Shown here one piece after another: positions 1-14,200 of a stretch of 64,000 nt of DNA. Numbering within the stretch: the first letter of the stretch is position 1; every line of letters starts with the position of its first letter. The notes below the pieces were generated by a model. It was not told where the DNA came from, did no database searches, and saw only the letters and a program-made list of their open reading frames with translations. The position numbers and the translations under genes were made by a program. Origin of the DNA: Tubulanus polymorphus. Its lineage: Eukaryota > Animalia > Nemertea. Location: positions 5,456,001-5,520,000 of the forward strand of contig NC_134031.1 in the NCBI RefSeq assembly GCF_964204645.1, in the 5' to 3' direction.

Positions 1-127
1 TCAGAGCCATAAAAATTCAAAATTTCCTATGACAATGTTCAGTGGACATGGGTAGGTCAGAAATGGAGGTCAGAATTTTGTATTTTGTGTGGACATCTCT
101 TTGAAAAACGAAGCCAACGCGATTTTA

Positions 128-2187
128 TGTAAAGATACAATAAGGATTTTATTGAACAACGAAACAACTTCTTAAATTACATCGTTATTATTAAAAATAA
201 TCTACCTTTTTATTCATTAATCCATTCTATTACATGTATATTAATTACTTTAATTGATAATAATATGAACACGTTATCACATTATGATGTATTTACATAA
301 TATATATACTTGTATATCCCAGTATGTTCATATTTACACTAATAACATCGAGTAAAACAAGTTTTTGTGACAGATGAAGCGAAGTCCATAACGAGTAAAG
401 TAAAAAAAAATTCCATAACATAAACAGGGAGCCTCAAAGACGAGTAAAATTGAGTTTGTAAACGTGAGATAAAGTTATTAAAATCTAATAATCTACTGAG
501 ACTAATCTATCAACTATAATTGTTAAATTCACTAAAAATATGAAATAGAAATGTTCATTTCCCTGCCAATTTTACCTGAAATTCTAAAAGCGTCCGAACA
601 ACATACCTTAAATGATTGGTAAAAGCGATATATTCATAAATTACGATATCGCGATAATTTTCTTTCCAAACTTTTTCGCAAAGGATCTTTTCAACATTCA
701 ATTTCAGAACAATAGTTCAGTAATAAATAAAAGCCATGCCGAGAGCATCTAGCTCAAGTTGAACTCAAGTTGGTTTAGTAGTCATCAGATAAGTTGTCAC
801 TATTTTTGAGTCCCGATTTGTGTCTCTGAATCTAGAGTATCTAGTCCATTCACTAACAGCGAATATCGTCAGGTGGATAAGTCAACAATGATGGTCCCAG
901 CTATGACAACTTAACTAATTCAACCATACATGAGTCATCAATTTAAAATTGAAAACCCACAATAATTAAGAACAATCCGCGAATGTATCTGAGCTCGCTT
1001 GGTCAGGTGCTTAGTTAAGTCACAATCATATACATTGTATCGTATAAATATAATAAAAGTTCTATCTATCAAAAGTTACAGTCAGTTATAGTTATACGTC
1101 AATAGTTATAACTTTATTCGAGATTTTTTTAATTTCAGATTCCAAGATGGCCACCAGTCAGCCATCTTCGATGACATCATGACCTATAGTTTGGTCATAT
1201 GATACTCCATTCCATTTCACATTCTCACATGAAAAATGAAAGCTCTTCGTGGAATATCATATCAGTTGATAGCCAAAATGTGCATATTCAGAATCCAAGA
1301 TGGCCACCAGTTGGCCATTTTGGATCTGATCACATGTACCACAAATATCAAACTCTTCTGAGATTTCATTGTCATACAAAATATATCTGAATTTGAAGAA
1401 GATTGGACAGAAATTGTGTTCTGCAGAGTGTTCACAAGAAACCTGGACGCACAAACGCCAGCACACCACTAAGGCGCAGGGGTACAGCATAAGCCCTAAT
1501 GGCTATGAGAACTATTTTTTTCAAAATGGCGCACTACTATTGGCTTGAAAATCAAATGCTCATTTAGTCTTTCTTCATTATTGTGGGTTTTTTACTTCGT
1601 AATAGTATCGAACAGTGACATGTCTATGAAAACCAAAATGGGAAATCTAATTAAAAGGTAGCAAAGGGGATTTCAAAGAGATTTTAACAATAAAATAATT
1701 AGATACCGTAAACATTATGTATATATTCATGTATATTCACAATTATGTACAATTACGCTGTTAAATAATCCTTTTTTCATTTTCAACTGACTATTATCAA
1801 TCTCCGTAAAAATTAATTCTCAAATAAAAATTAACTACGCCGGCTTTTTTCTATGCAACAGACATCTTTAAAGTGTAATCTACCGGCAATAAGTATTTTG
1901 TAGTTTTATATTCGTTGTCCACGATACTTTATACATCGACGTAAAATTCTATCGTCGCCATCTTTTAATAATCTCCGCACGAACACCGGTAAAAGTTGAG
2001 TGTTTTCATTTTCGAGATGGAAAAAAAAAACCGTGAACACATAAAACAAATAAACATTCATTAAACATTTGTACACGTAATAATTGGAATGGGGCTCGAC
2101 ATGACCACAAGTCCACGAAAAACACAGGTGGGGGTACATTTGGAAAGACTATAAATTTTCATCGTTTTGGTCACGCGATTCGGTGGA
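128..2187 (-). other. Probable ~2 kb 3' UTR of ECE
   Basis: AT-rich sequence after the stop; minus-strand AATAAA at 153-148 followed by a T-rich tract (other AATAAA hexamers exist, so the end is uncertain). Confidence 0.45.
1120..1515. mobile_element. Probable HINE-like element in the 3' UTR
   Basis: Tandem CCAAGATGGCCACCAGT..GCCATCTT palindromic units. Confidence 0.4.
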
Positions 2188-2287
2188 CTACCAAACTGAA
2201 CATTTATTCGTCGGGTTCATCCTCGAACCGCTCGGACATCGGAACACTTTTGAAAACTCTTCAGAATTGGACAACGTACCAATTACC
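2188..2287 (-). CDS. ECE: ECE last coding exon ([12 protein letters not shown]...[10 protein letters not shown])
   Basis: ag acceptor, TAG at 2190-2188, conserved CxxW terminus. Confidence 0.97.
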
Positions 2288-5200
2288 CTAGAAACAGAAA
2301 GTAGACAATACGATAAGGACCGAGGTGAAACAGGGTAGTAATCTGCAACAGAAAATAACTATCAAACTTTAGGCTTGCTTTACGGCGTTCCTCCCTTCGC
2401 AGGGATACAAACGCGATCTCATTGAGATTATCATTAAAAAAAACCCACGATATCTATTCAAACGAAATAATAACAATCGTTTGAATTGATATAGTGCCAT
2501 CAAGATTCCTTGTCAAATTACGAACCAATGGTCGCAATTGTTCATGGTCACGCAAATATGCTTCCCAGAAATTGACATGGCCGATCACATTGCCTACTGC
2601 ATAAATGCTAGGAAAATTCAGGGACAGAAATAACCGGGCTAAAATAATGTGATTTCTGATTGGCTATAATCGCGTGCAAGTAAATGCCTATGATTCCAGC
2701 AGGGTTTCATAACGTGGCAGTCTGGATGCCAGCAGGTTCGAAACATGCTCTAGGGTATTTTTGGGCATTGACGTGACTAGGTGAATAGAACTGGAGGGTG
2801 GACGCAGTAAGGAGCTGGCCAAGTATGCCTAGCTGATGTCACAATTGATTGGTTCACATTTGGGATTAGATCATCCGGTTTTCGAGGAAGGAACAAGAAG
2901 TTTAAGACTACAGGAAATTTCAGGATTGAACTTTATTCATACCTGTACTCTGCAGGACAATGAGGATCACTGAGTAGTTGCATGTGCATTGCTTCTGGCT
3001 TCGTAGCTGAGCACCAAACCTATAAAGCAATCATCATTATAAATCATGAAAGTATAAAATTTCTACCAGCGAGTTAAAAGGAATAGTGTATTAATTAAAA
3101 CATACCTGAGCAAAACCGATGAAAAATAGTTGATCGTGAGTCAAATTGACACCTGGCAAGATTTGTTCAGGTCCATTAGATTTCACCCAATCACTGTACG
3201 CCTGAAACGCACACAAATATTGAAACGCTATAGAATTTTTTCAAACATCTTGAGAGCAATCCAAAAGACAATTCCTGAGGTGAAAAACAGGACTCCATGC
3301 TCTACTCATTCATTGCACATGGTAGAAACCTTGCTGTAAGGAAGGAGTCTACCATATTATGTGTTGGTTACTACTCAGGATGGGTAAACTAGGGAAACCA
3401 CTTCCAGTTAACACATACACTCAAACTAACTGAGTACTAGTCAACTACAAAAAAGCTGCTAAGCAACTGCAAAAATGACTGCATACTTATAGGCTAAACC
3501 AGCCTTCTACCTGATTGCGAAACACATTATGAAATCTCCCCAACTTAGCGTACTCAGTATCATGAGTTGATTTCTTGCGGTCAACACATACAGCAGATCA
3601 ATTCGAAAAATTGCTCTCAGGTTGGTGAATCAGAGAAATGTTTGATGAAAGCTAACAATATTCCACAATATTACCTGAGGCATTACCGTAGTAAGTTTGT
3701 ACTAACCCTAAAAGCGTTTTTCAGGCCACCGTTATCAGCGATGTTCTCCCCAACTGTCTGTTTACCATTTACCTATCACGAGTCGAAAAAAAGACCGATT
3801 AGTCATTTGTTGTTACTAATTCTCATTATAACTAGGGACGTATGGATGTATTTAATACTTACATGTTCACCATTAATAACATATTTTGAGTATTGATCTA
3901 TCATACATTTTGTGCGTTTTTTAAATCTGCCTATTACTTGCGCATTCCACCAGTTTCTCAGATTCCCATTCTTGTCGTATTCCCTTCCTGAAACATTCAT
4001 TATCATCATCATCATCATCTTAGAAAAAAGATGAAAATCATACAAATATTTGTCAAGGTCATAAACTGAGTATTTATCTTGCATAGTACAGAGAGCTGTA
4101 TTTGCCGTTTCTATGCATGGTGGAACCATACCATATATGGCAAGGGTGGATTTAGGAGGTTGCACCGGGTGGACTGGTCCACCTCCTTCAAATTTTGAAT
4201 GTGCCCCCTAGAAGTCTGGAAAAATTAAATCCAAATGAGCCCGGATAAGGACCAGAAAAGCCCATTTTTGTTTTAACTTTCCTGTGGGAGGGCCAAAAGA
4301 ACCTCTTCCAATGCTTGCGCTTCCCTCACATCGCCAAATCCGACCTACTCAAATTAAGTGCCCATTCCAATTTTCACGGTTCACCCCTTTAAAGAATCCT
4401 AGATCCACCCTTAAACAGTATAGAATGGCAATAGGGTCTAGATAAACCTCCACAAGGATTTTCAATTCAAATTACAAATCAGCAAAGCTTGAAGCCCTCA
4501 CAATGCACCAAATATGACTAAGATTTTCCAAAGCGGGATTGAGCATCTTATTTTTGCATTTAGTCTTCAGCAATTCGCCTTTTTGGGGGATACAAATATA
4601 CAAATTATGGCAGATAATGTCTTAGGCTAAAAGAATAAACCTCAAACAAATACCCTGATCATCAAATCCATGAGTAAGTTCGTGACCGACGACTGCACCT
4701 ATTCCACCATAGTTCAATGACCTAAGGTAAAATAGAATGAATAATATTCAATGCTTTTGATAAAGAAGGATTCATTGATAAAATGCTGGTAGCCATAACT
4801 TGCGGCGGCCATTCCTCGGGAATAACTCTGAATACCTTGGATAATCTTTGTCGTAAAATGGAGCCTGCAGAATTCCAGCCGGAAAGACTATCTTATTTTC
4901 AGTAGGCGTGTAATATGCGTTGATCGTAGGTGGCGTCATGCTCCATCTATGAATAAACGATATCAACGATTATATATAAAATCCTGTCGAAATATTATGC
5001 ATCATTCACCACTGTGCGGGCAAACAAAATTCATTACCGTTTTTTGTCCGGCTTTTCGCGAAGACGTTTCAGTTCTTTTTTCAATGAGAATCTCAGCGTT
5101 CGTATGTTGTTATCGAAGTATGTGTTCGGATCAATTTTCAACTGAAACGGAACAATAAAAAATTGTTGGAACGATGATACCGGTAGTTGTTATAAAATGG

Positions 5201-8200
5201 AACTTCATTGTTATGAAATAATTTCACGGAACAGTGTATTAACCCTTTCAATGCTGACTAATTAATACCCGAAAGCGCTGGAGATGATTTGAAAACTTTC
5301 GAAAGATTCCACCCCAGTGCTTTGTACATTGTAATGGGTATACGGCTATAGTGCATCTACACCACAGCATTTGTAACTAATATTTTATTGTTAGACAGGT
5401 GCTTTCAATAGATAACTTTCATTACTGATAACATGAATGCACCGAGATGAAGTGTACTAGCAAAGTCTTTCACCGATTTGTACACCATCATGCATTTTTG
5501 ACGCACTTAAAATGTAAGAGTTGTGTTCTGAGTTGAAACACCAGTTGCACGATAAGGACTTATATACAAGACCAATTTCATCGACGTACCCCTTTGTACT
5601 CCTCGTCCAGCGCCGTTTTATTCAAAATATACTGAGGAAATCCAATCATATCAATCACTGAATCAACCTGCAATACACAATCATATTTCAATCAATCAAT
5701 ATCGAAGGAAATCAGTTCGCGAAGACGATTTGTATGAAATAATACATCGAAAAACCTCTAAGTTGTGGTGCAAAATTGTGCAAATTTGATTTCATTATGA
5801 CACACAGATAACTGTGGTTCCTATACCAAATTATTAAGTTTGAACATTGAATCGAATCAGTAGGATACCTTTTCACGAGCCGCATTTACAGTTTGCGCAT
5901 CCATCCACGGTATATCCGGTAGACCTCGCTTGAATGTATGTTTGATCTGATCGACCATCGATTCTGCCTGTATAATGAAAAAATAAAAACATCAAGTACT
6001 TGGTGAAACAGACTTCAATAATTTTGAAATATAGGTATCTGTTAGTTTGGAGACAGTTCTACTGTCAAGACTTTGTATAATACTGCACAGAGCTCATTGT
6101 GATTGTATAAACAAGCTCACCAATTAAGGCGGTTGGTTCATTTTTGGATTGAAGTCTCGAGCATATGGAACAAGGCCAAGAAACCCCTTCAGTGCTGACT
6201 AATTAATACCTGAAAGTGCTGGAGATAATTTGAAAATGTTTAGGAATTCCACCCCAGTGCGTTTAATAGCGGCATACCGCTTTAGTACGTCTACACCATG
6301 GTGCGGTGTATTGTTAATTGCTAATATTTCACTTTGTTTGACAGGTGCAGCCATCTATCTTAAAAACTAATTACTAATACCCCATGATGCGGTGTACTAG
6401 CAGTCCATCACCGGTCTATACACCACACTGCGGTGTAGACAAAATGAAAGGGTTCAGGAAATTTGAATAACGGGGTAAACGTTCTTGAGAAAAAGGGATT
6501 ACTGATACGAATCTATTCATCATAGACTGACGATTTACGATAATCAAATTTTAATTTTTTCTAACAAGGGCTTCAACTAAAATCTGCGGTGTAGTTATCT
6601 AGCCTGTGAGGAAATGTTGTCCGAAAGCTAGGATAGACACACGAAAAATCAGGACCCGATTCTAAAGTTCCGAGTTCAAATTTGACTCGAGTGCAAACTC
6701 CTGTAATGAATTGATTTCGAAGTCAATCTTAAATCAGAACTGCAAAACTGGATCCTGAAACACATCAATGTATTAGTCATATTCAAACATGTAGTTAAAT
6801 AACTAACTATGTCCGACTTTCAATCTGGAACTTTTGCTAAATCAATGCACAATTTCACTTGATAACTTAAAACGTTTTGCGAGGGCGATGGGACTAATAA
6901 ATCTTATTCTTTACATTTTCCAAACGATTTAGTGCCAAAAGCATTAAGATTGATTAAAAAATAAACAGATTTCTTTCAATATCCAAATTTTCGTCGCTCT
7001 TCTGAAGAATATCAAAATTCGTTATTTCTTCTTAATTCAAAACAATTTGTTTTCGTTCATTATGGAATTTCAACCGCAGGAAATAGTCGCGTGTTGATTA
7101 ATTGTCTCAGTTACGACGATGATGCATATCGCAACATTTGTCTTCATTAATTCAAATTCAAATTTATCATTAAGTTACAACCGGTAATTGTGCATAATTT
7201 GACGAAGGGACCATTCATTTGTGATGTACATTCTTTGGGGGAGGGGGGAAGCAGGGTTATATCTGATGCATACAAGTCTGTACATGGAGGGGGTCAAATG
7301 CTATGTTTTACGTACAATCTAATGTCAATATAGATTTGATGATCATATATGTATGCATGTATGGGAGGGTGGGCTAAAAATCGGAATTTCATGCGTACGT
7401 AATAAATGAACGGTCCCGAAAACAGAAATGTCTCATTAACAGCGGAGAGTCTTCCTCCTCGTGGTGAGGCTACGTTCCGTTAGGTGGCAGCTAGATTGCG
7501 TACGTAATTCGAACGTTTAAAAATATCGCATAATATCAGCTCGAAACAAAGATGCTAATAATCTTAAAAGCATTAGTAAGCGAGGCGAGGTTCCGATTAT
7601 AGCAAATAATAAAGACGAAAGCGCGAAAGATGCGGTAGCAAATAACGACGGAGAAATTGTGAACATCCATTCTTTTTATTGTTTCAATTCCGAGAGGAAT
7701 TTTTCAGGTTAAAAAACGTACGGTGAAGGATCGAAGCGACTAATTAAATCACGGGATGCGATTTCGGACTGAAAACGGAAGGGAACTGACCAAAAAATAT
7801 CAACATTCACTGCTCGAACGACTAAAACATTTTTTACCCGGTTTTTTGAAAACGTCTTTTTTTACTTACATCGTTCAAAGAAACACTGAACTGTTAGCAC
7901 AAAATTAAGCATAGCAGAAAATGGCGCTTACTTGAAGCAGAAAAATCAATTAAAACGGCAGATTGTCATTCATTGGAAAAAGTTCAAAAAGCTTTGATTC
8001 AAATACTTTTCATGTCTACAAATATATGTACTGCTTGATTCGGCAATATACCAGTAAGCTTGATGCAGAAAAAATGTCTCCTTAGTACAATTACAGAACT
8101 TGATCCAAATCTGGATCTCAGAGCCATGAGCCAAATTTTAGCACGGGTCAAATCATCATCGCGTGTGAATAGAACGATAACCACACTCAAACGTGGTGAA

Positions 8201-11200
8201 CGGATAATAAGATAAAACCCACTATCTACAGATTAAATGAATTTAAAAACGATAATTCTCGTTTTTAAATTCTTTTAATCTGTAGATAATGGGTTTTTAT
8301 CTTATTATCGCGTGTGAATTGAAACGGGTGACTCCCTTTGCTTTGTTTGAGCATTGTTTAGTATCGAGTGAGTGGTTAACATGTGAACGCGCTCTCTAAT
8401 TAGGCACGGGCCAAATTTGACTCGGATCAGGCCCATCTAAGTGCGATTGTGGCTTAAGTTGTTTTCATAGCAGAAAAGCATTCTGATTGGTATCAATATT
8501 GGAGTGATATTCCAATCACTGTTGGAATCATTCCTGCAGGCTGCAACCATAATCTATAAGTTGGCAATGGGATAATCATATATTTGACCATTGTTTGGAT
8601 GACCTATAGTGATGAAGACAGGGATTTGCTCGAACTAAACTCGCCAATAAGAAACGATGATTTCATTTGTGAATATCTAATGATTACCGAGGCAGATCAG
8701 CCATGAGATATCACTTATAGCGACAAATGTGGTTGAAATGGAAGTACAAGATAACTTGGCAGCAGCCCAGGAGATACGAGATATCTTCGCAACAGGCAAT
8801 GGCCGCAGACCTGGAGATATTGAGATATCTCGTAGCGAGCAGTGGGGCGTTTTCAGAATTCTAATAACAGCCATACACACTATGAACGAGCTCTACGGAG
8901 AGTTATTTCTAAGAATTATTTGTCTTTTGCACGATGCAAAATCAATAAAGAATCATTCACATTTGAATTATGAATTCGGCATTCTCTATCTCTGTATCGC
9001 GAGCAGATGTAAATCAATACATTACAGGTAATTAAGTTCAATTCATGTTCAGATAATTCAGTAAACACACTCCAGTTCTCGGTGCTGCGTGTAGGAAGTT
9101 TAATAGGATGTTTACTCCGAATGAGAATATCGAACAGAAATCTTTGGCATAGAGGAAAAAATAAACATCATTTATTAAGAGGATTGTTGGCATTGCTGTG
9201 AGGCGCGCATGTGGATATGTCTTTGGTAGAACGTAAATCCGATGAGAAAACATTATGGGCGCTGCGGTCACACAGAGACAGAAGATTTGGCCCGGATCAG
9301 GACCGAGTCAAATTTGGCTGATGCCTAATTAGTGAATACATTCGCAAGTAAATTACCCACTCGATACTAAACAATGCTTAAACAAAGCGAAGTGGGCCAT
9401 TTAACTGTACCTCACACGCAATAATTTGATCCATGTTAAAAATATTTCTGGTCAGGCCGAACAGACAAGGGCCGATTTGGCACTTGTGTGAACAGTTGTT
9501 CCGGACCAAAAATACTTGTATGATCTTGGCTTATATCGTCAATACCAATGTATTACATACATTGGGATGGGGATCTCATTTCAACAATGGAGGCATAAGC
9601 TAAATAAATACTCATGTCCCTGACTGGTGGGGATGTCAAAAAAATTCTAGAATTGATTGTCCGAGGAATGATCTATTATGAAAATTGGCATTCTTTCTCC
9701 ACATGATATAATTCTTTAAACTTTTGCTTGTATTGTCACTAGTGAGTAGTATCCTCCCTGGTAGGGATGCCTGATTCTATCGAGAAACTGCGACTGCCCG
9801 AAACCCTGCCCGATTAGCCTGAGTGCGCAGCTTAGGGTTTTTCCATTTATGGTATATCTGTGAAATTTGCCTCAGCAATTATACAACAGGCAATTCGATT
9901 GATGCTGCAAGTTTTCGTGTGGCAAGCTTGCGCATGTACGCATGCACCTGTTCTAGTCGGGCAGGATTTCATGTCATGGACGAGTCTAGAGATGCCATCA
10001 GGTTCGAATCCCCGCCGAGTGAGGACGAGTGAGTACATAATATGTACTTACGGTATTTTTACTATCTCCGTGGAATGAATTTCTGACGAACATCGCACCG
10101 AGGGCGAACCCTACAGTTCCATCGACATCCGATACACATTCTCTCCACTTCTCTTCCTTTCCAGTCGTACCTGTAAATTGCGAAACATTCATTTCAAGAC
10201 AGATCTAAATCATCAGAAGTACACTTAGAATTACTTCGACTTTTATTCGCAAGCAATATATGTACATTTCAGTTAAGTCTAGATCTGCCGCTTAGCAGTA
10301 ATACTAACAATGAAGCCCACTCTCAGAGCAGGCCCATCTCGTACACAAGGCGTATTCAATAGGTGCACTATTATGTGACTTCGCCCGCATGTTTGTACCA
10401 TTGAAATTGCCTTCGATTACATTTCCTGGCCCCTATTCTACATTTTCTTACAAAATCTAAAGCTCTGAATGATATTTCGGACATTTCGTAACTGACCTGA
10501 TAAAGCCGTTTTTAAGATTTGTTTGGCGTTTTCGAAATCTTTTCCGAGGAAACTGTCCATGAATTTCACAACATGCCACATCATATAGTTATGCATGATC
10601 CTAATTAGAAATAGAAAAACATTGATGATTGTTTCTAATACACGGATATGTTTTGCGTATTTTCTTTTTCTTCCCGCAGCAGGCTGCCGCCCAATAAAAC
10701 CAGCCCTTTAATTTTTGATTCAAGTTATTAAGAATTTTTATTAACCCTTTCAGTGCTGACTCATTAATATCCTATAGTGCTGAAGATAATTTGAACATTT
10801 TGAAAAATTCCACCCTAGTGTATTCAATAACGGGAATACCACTACAGCGCGGTGTATCGTTAGTTACTAATATTTCACTATGTTTGAGGTGCTGCCATTT
10901 TTCAATAGAGACAAAAACTAATTACCAATTACATCAATACACCGCAGTTCAGTGTACTAGCAAAAGCCATCACCAATTTTCACACTGCACTGCGGTGTAG
11001 ACGCACTGAAAGGGTTAATTCCACTCATTTCTATGATTTGAATCCATCATAACCAAGTAAAGGCTTAGATTTAAGACAAGGCTTAAGCCTATCTGGCTCG
11101 ATAATCAATCTAAGAAATTAACCCTATCAGTGCATCTACACCACGGTGCGGTATACCGCATTGCAGTGTATTTGTTATTAGCAATTAGTTTTCATATCCA

Positions 11201-14200
11201 TTGAAAGATTGCAGCACCTGTCAAACATAGTGAAACGTGGATAATTAACGATACACTGCGCTGTGGTGTAGATGCACTTTCGCAGAATGCCCATTATTCA
11301 AAACGCTTCGGTGGAATTCTTAAATTTTCGAACTCCAGCACTTTGGGGAATTGATTAGTCAGCGCTGAAAAGACTTTAGATTATTTTTGAACTTAAATCA
11401 CGACCGTGCAATGCTCGGGTACCGTCTTTTACCTTTTTCCGTCGTCCGTGCTGAGAAGTCGCGTGACCATGTCGGACATCTGAGCTAAATATTCGGGAGC
11501 GAACACGACCACCGGCTCGTCTTTCGTCAACTTGATATCGACCAATTTAAACTGCTTGTTCAATAACTGCAACCAATTTATCTACAGACGAAAACGAAAA
11601 CCGTAATGAAAACGCGAGTATGAAACCGAGCGCGGTTTACGGCGTTACCGGAGAGAAAATGTTTCTCATCGAACAAGATGCATTAACGAATTTCCTGTTC
11701 GACTAGCGAAATATCGATTTACGTACAAACGGAGCTTTCTTCTGTAACTCGGCGATTGTCATTTTGTGATAGAGTTTCTCGTCGTCGCGGCGTTCAGCAG
11801 ACGGAACAGTGATCTACGGAAAAAAAAAATTCAAACAACCAATCAAAAGGATGGATTAGAAAGTTTAACAAGCGCATTTCGTTTTACATGACGATCAATT
11901 CATGAGTATACCAGATTAGACTTAGGCTAACTCGGCAAACCGCTCGTGTTGGAGAATCTTTTTATTTCACAGATTCAACATTTATTTGGGTAGAGCGTTC
12001 CAAAGGGTCGGGGCGACAAATGTGAAAGATTGTCTGCCAAAGGTACTAAGTCTTTAGCTTGGTAAAATAAGCAAATTGTCTGATCCAGATCTAAGGTGAC
12101 GAGAAAGTGAATGTTTTGGCAGAAGTGTGAATTTCGACTGGTTCCAGAAGCGACTCAGTGAGTGGTTTACGCGTGAACACGCTCTCCAATTAGGCATGGA
12201 CCAAATTTGACTCGTGCCTGATCCGTGCCAATTTGGCTAGGGCCGAATCATCTCCATGTGATCACGGCTATACGATCAAAAATTCTACGAAAAGGCATAA
12301 TTTCCTATTCCAATTGAGCCGATTTTTTACTTAACCTTTACTGTATTAGGATTCAGTTGAACAGTAGTTCACTTACATTAGCGATATCGCGTTCCCAGTC
12401 GATCACGTCGCCAAATTGAGCTTCGGAATCGTTCTTCTTTCCGCCCAATAACATCGCGTCGGTTACCATATACTTCAAATACGCAGACAACACCTGAAAT
12501 TTATAACGCACACGAATATCACACGTGTTTAGCTCATTAGTTCGTAGTTAAAATGAACAGGCAATTTACTTTAATCAATTATCAGTTATTGTCAGTACGT
12601 TTTAATGGACAATTCATGAATTCTTAAAACAAATCGGATTGTGGCACCAAATGAAAGAGAAATTGATAGCGTTAAGTGTATCCTATTTCAACATTAATCA
12701 CTTCACTTCACTGTAATTCATCAGTAGTTACTGTTTATCTTTGATATTTAATGTGCAAATATTATATATACAAGTCTTGGTAAGTAACCAACACTCCAGT
12801 GTATTTACTGAATGAAATTGAGACTTCAAGGGCAAATCTAGTGGGGAGAGGGCAACAGGGTGTGGACCCATGCAGAAATCAGAGGGCAAGTAGGGTCTGA
12901 TTCAGGGAGGGGTGCAACCCCCAAATCGGGCATATCATATAGTTAAAAGGGCACCCCGAAAACTTAATCTCGTTTTTGGAGATACAGAAAACAAGCTCAA
13001 GAATATAACTATTTTAGGATTCAGTTAATTGTTTTTTATTGTCTCATAAAATTTCAGGGCAATTTGACATATTTTTGTTAGGGGTGGGCAGGGGTGTTAG
13101 GGGGCTCACCCTCTGCACCTCCCCATGGATCAGCTGGAGGAAAAATTCGGTCTTCTAGAACCTATTTCGGGGGTAGGATACCTGGTTAAGGCATCCATAA
13201 AACTAACATCTGCCCCGTGATTTCCAAGAACGAAATAAGGCCACGATGCTGTGAATACTTAATTAATGATACGTGCCGAAGGTTACAGGGACAATAATTC
13301 ATTTTCGTCAGGTATCTCGCAATCAGGGATAAACGCTCTGTTATATGCACTGGCACGTTTTTTCCGAATTTGTTTGTTCCTCGCGGTAAATGGTTTCCTA
13401 AAGGCATCTATCAAAACTTACGAATGAGTGTATCGGTTTAAAACTGCGTGTAGGCCGAAAGACAAGTAGAAAGAACGAGCCATAGCCACAACGGTTCTCG
13501 GGCTCAGGCTCGAACTTGAACTCCGAAATTACCATTCATTAGTTCCCATTCCTTTTTGGATACGTTATTTTTAGGGCTAATACCTACATTTTGTCATGAC
13601 AATTTTTTAGATTTTGACCCTGTTCCTCAGAGGAAAAACAGTTTATAGTGCCTAGTTCTGTCACTAGGTGACGCACTGGGTCCATTCTTTGCATTGCGCA
13701 ACTAGACTGACCCCCATACTAACTAACATTGTACCCTAATTTAATCAAGATCAACCCACGATTAACGAAGTTAAGAAGCTGAAAGACAGACAGGCAGACA
13801 GACAGGGGCCAGTTGCTCAAAAGTTGGTTAAAGATAACCAGTGGATAAATACCATAGTTACAATGAACTTTCAATTGTCACTATGTCAACAATCCACTGG
13901 TTAACTCTAACCAACCTTTGAGCAACTGGCCCCAGATACACAGACAGACAGACAGATTCACAGACAGACAGTACAAGAATAAGGGTCTTACGAAGCCCAA
14001 GAACGACAAAGAAAGTGGATGTATCACTTCAATCGAAGAAGCACTATGTGGGATAACATCAAAACGATGATTAAGAGAACGCATCCGGAAATGACTTCCT
14101 TTATGAGGCGTATTTTGCGTTCAAAAGCGCGACAAGTACCATTTGTCAAGGTTACTGTCGACACCTCGAGTCAACCAGTCGGCCATACAGGAAGTCCAGT

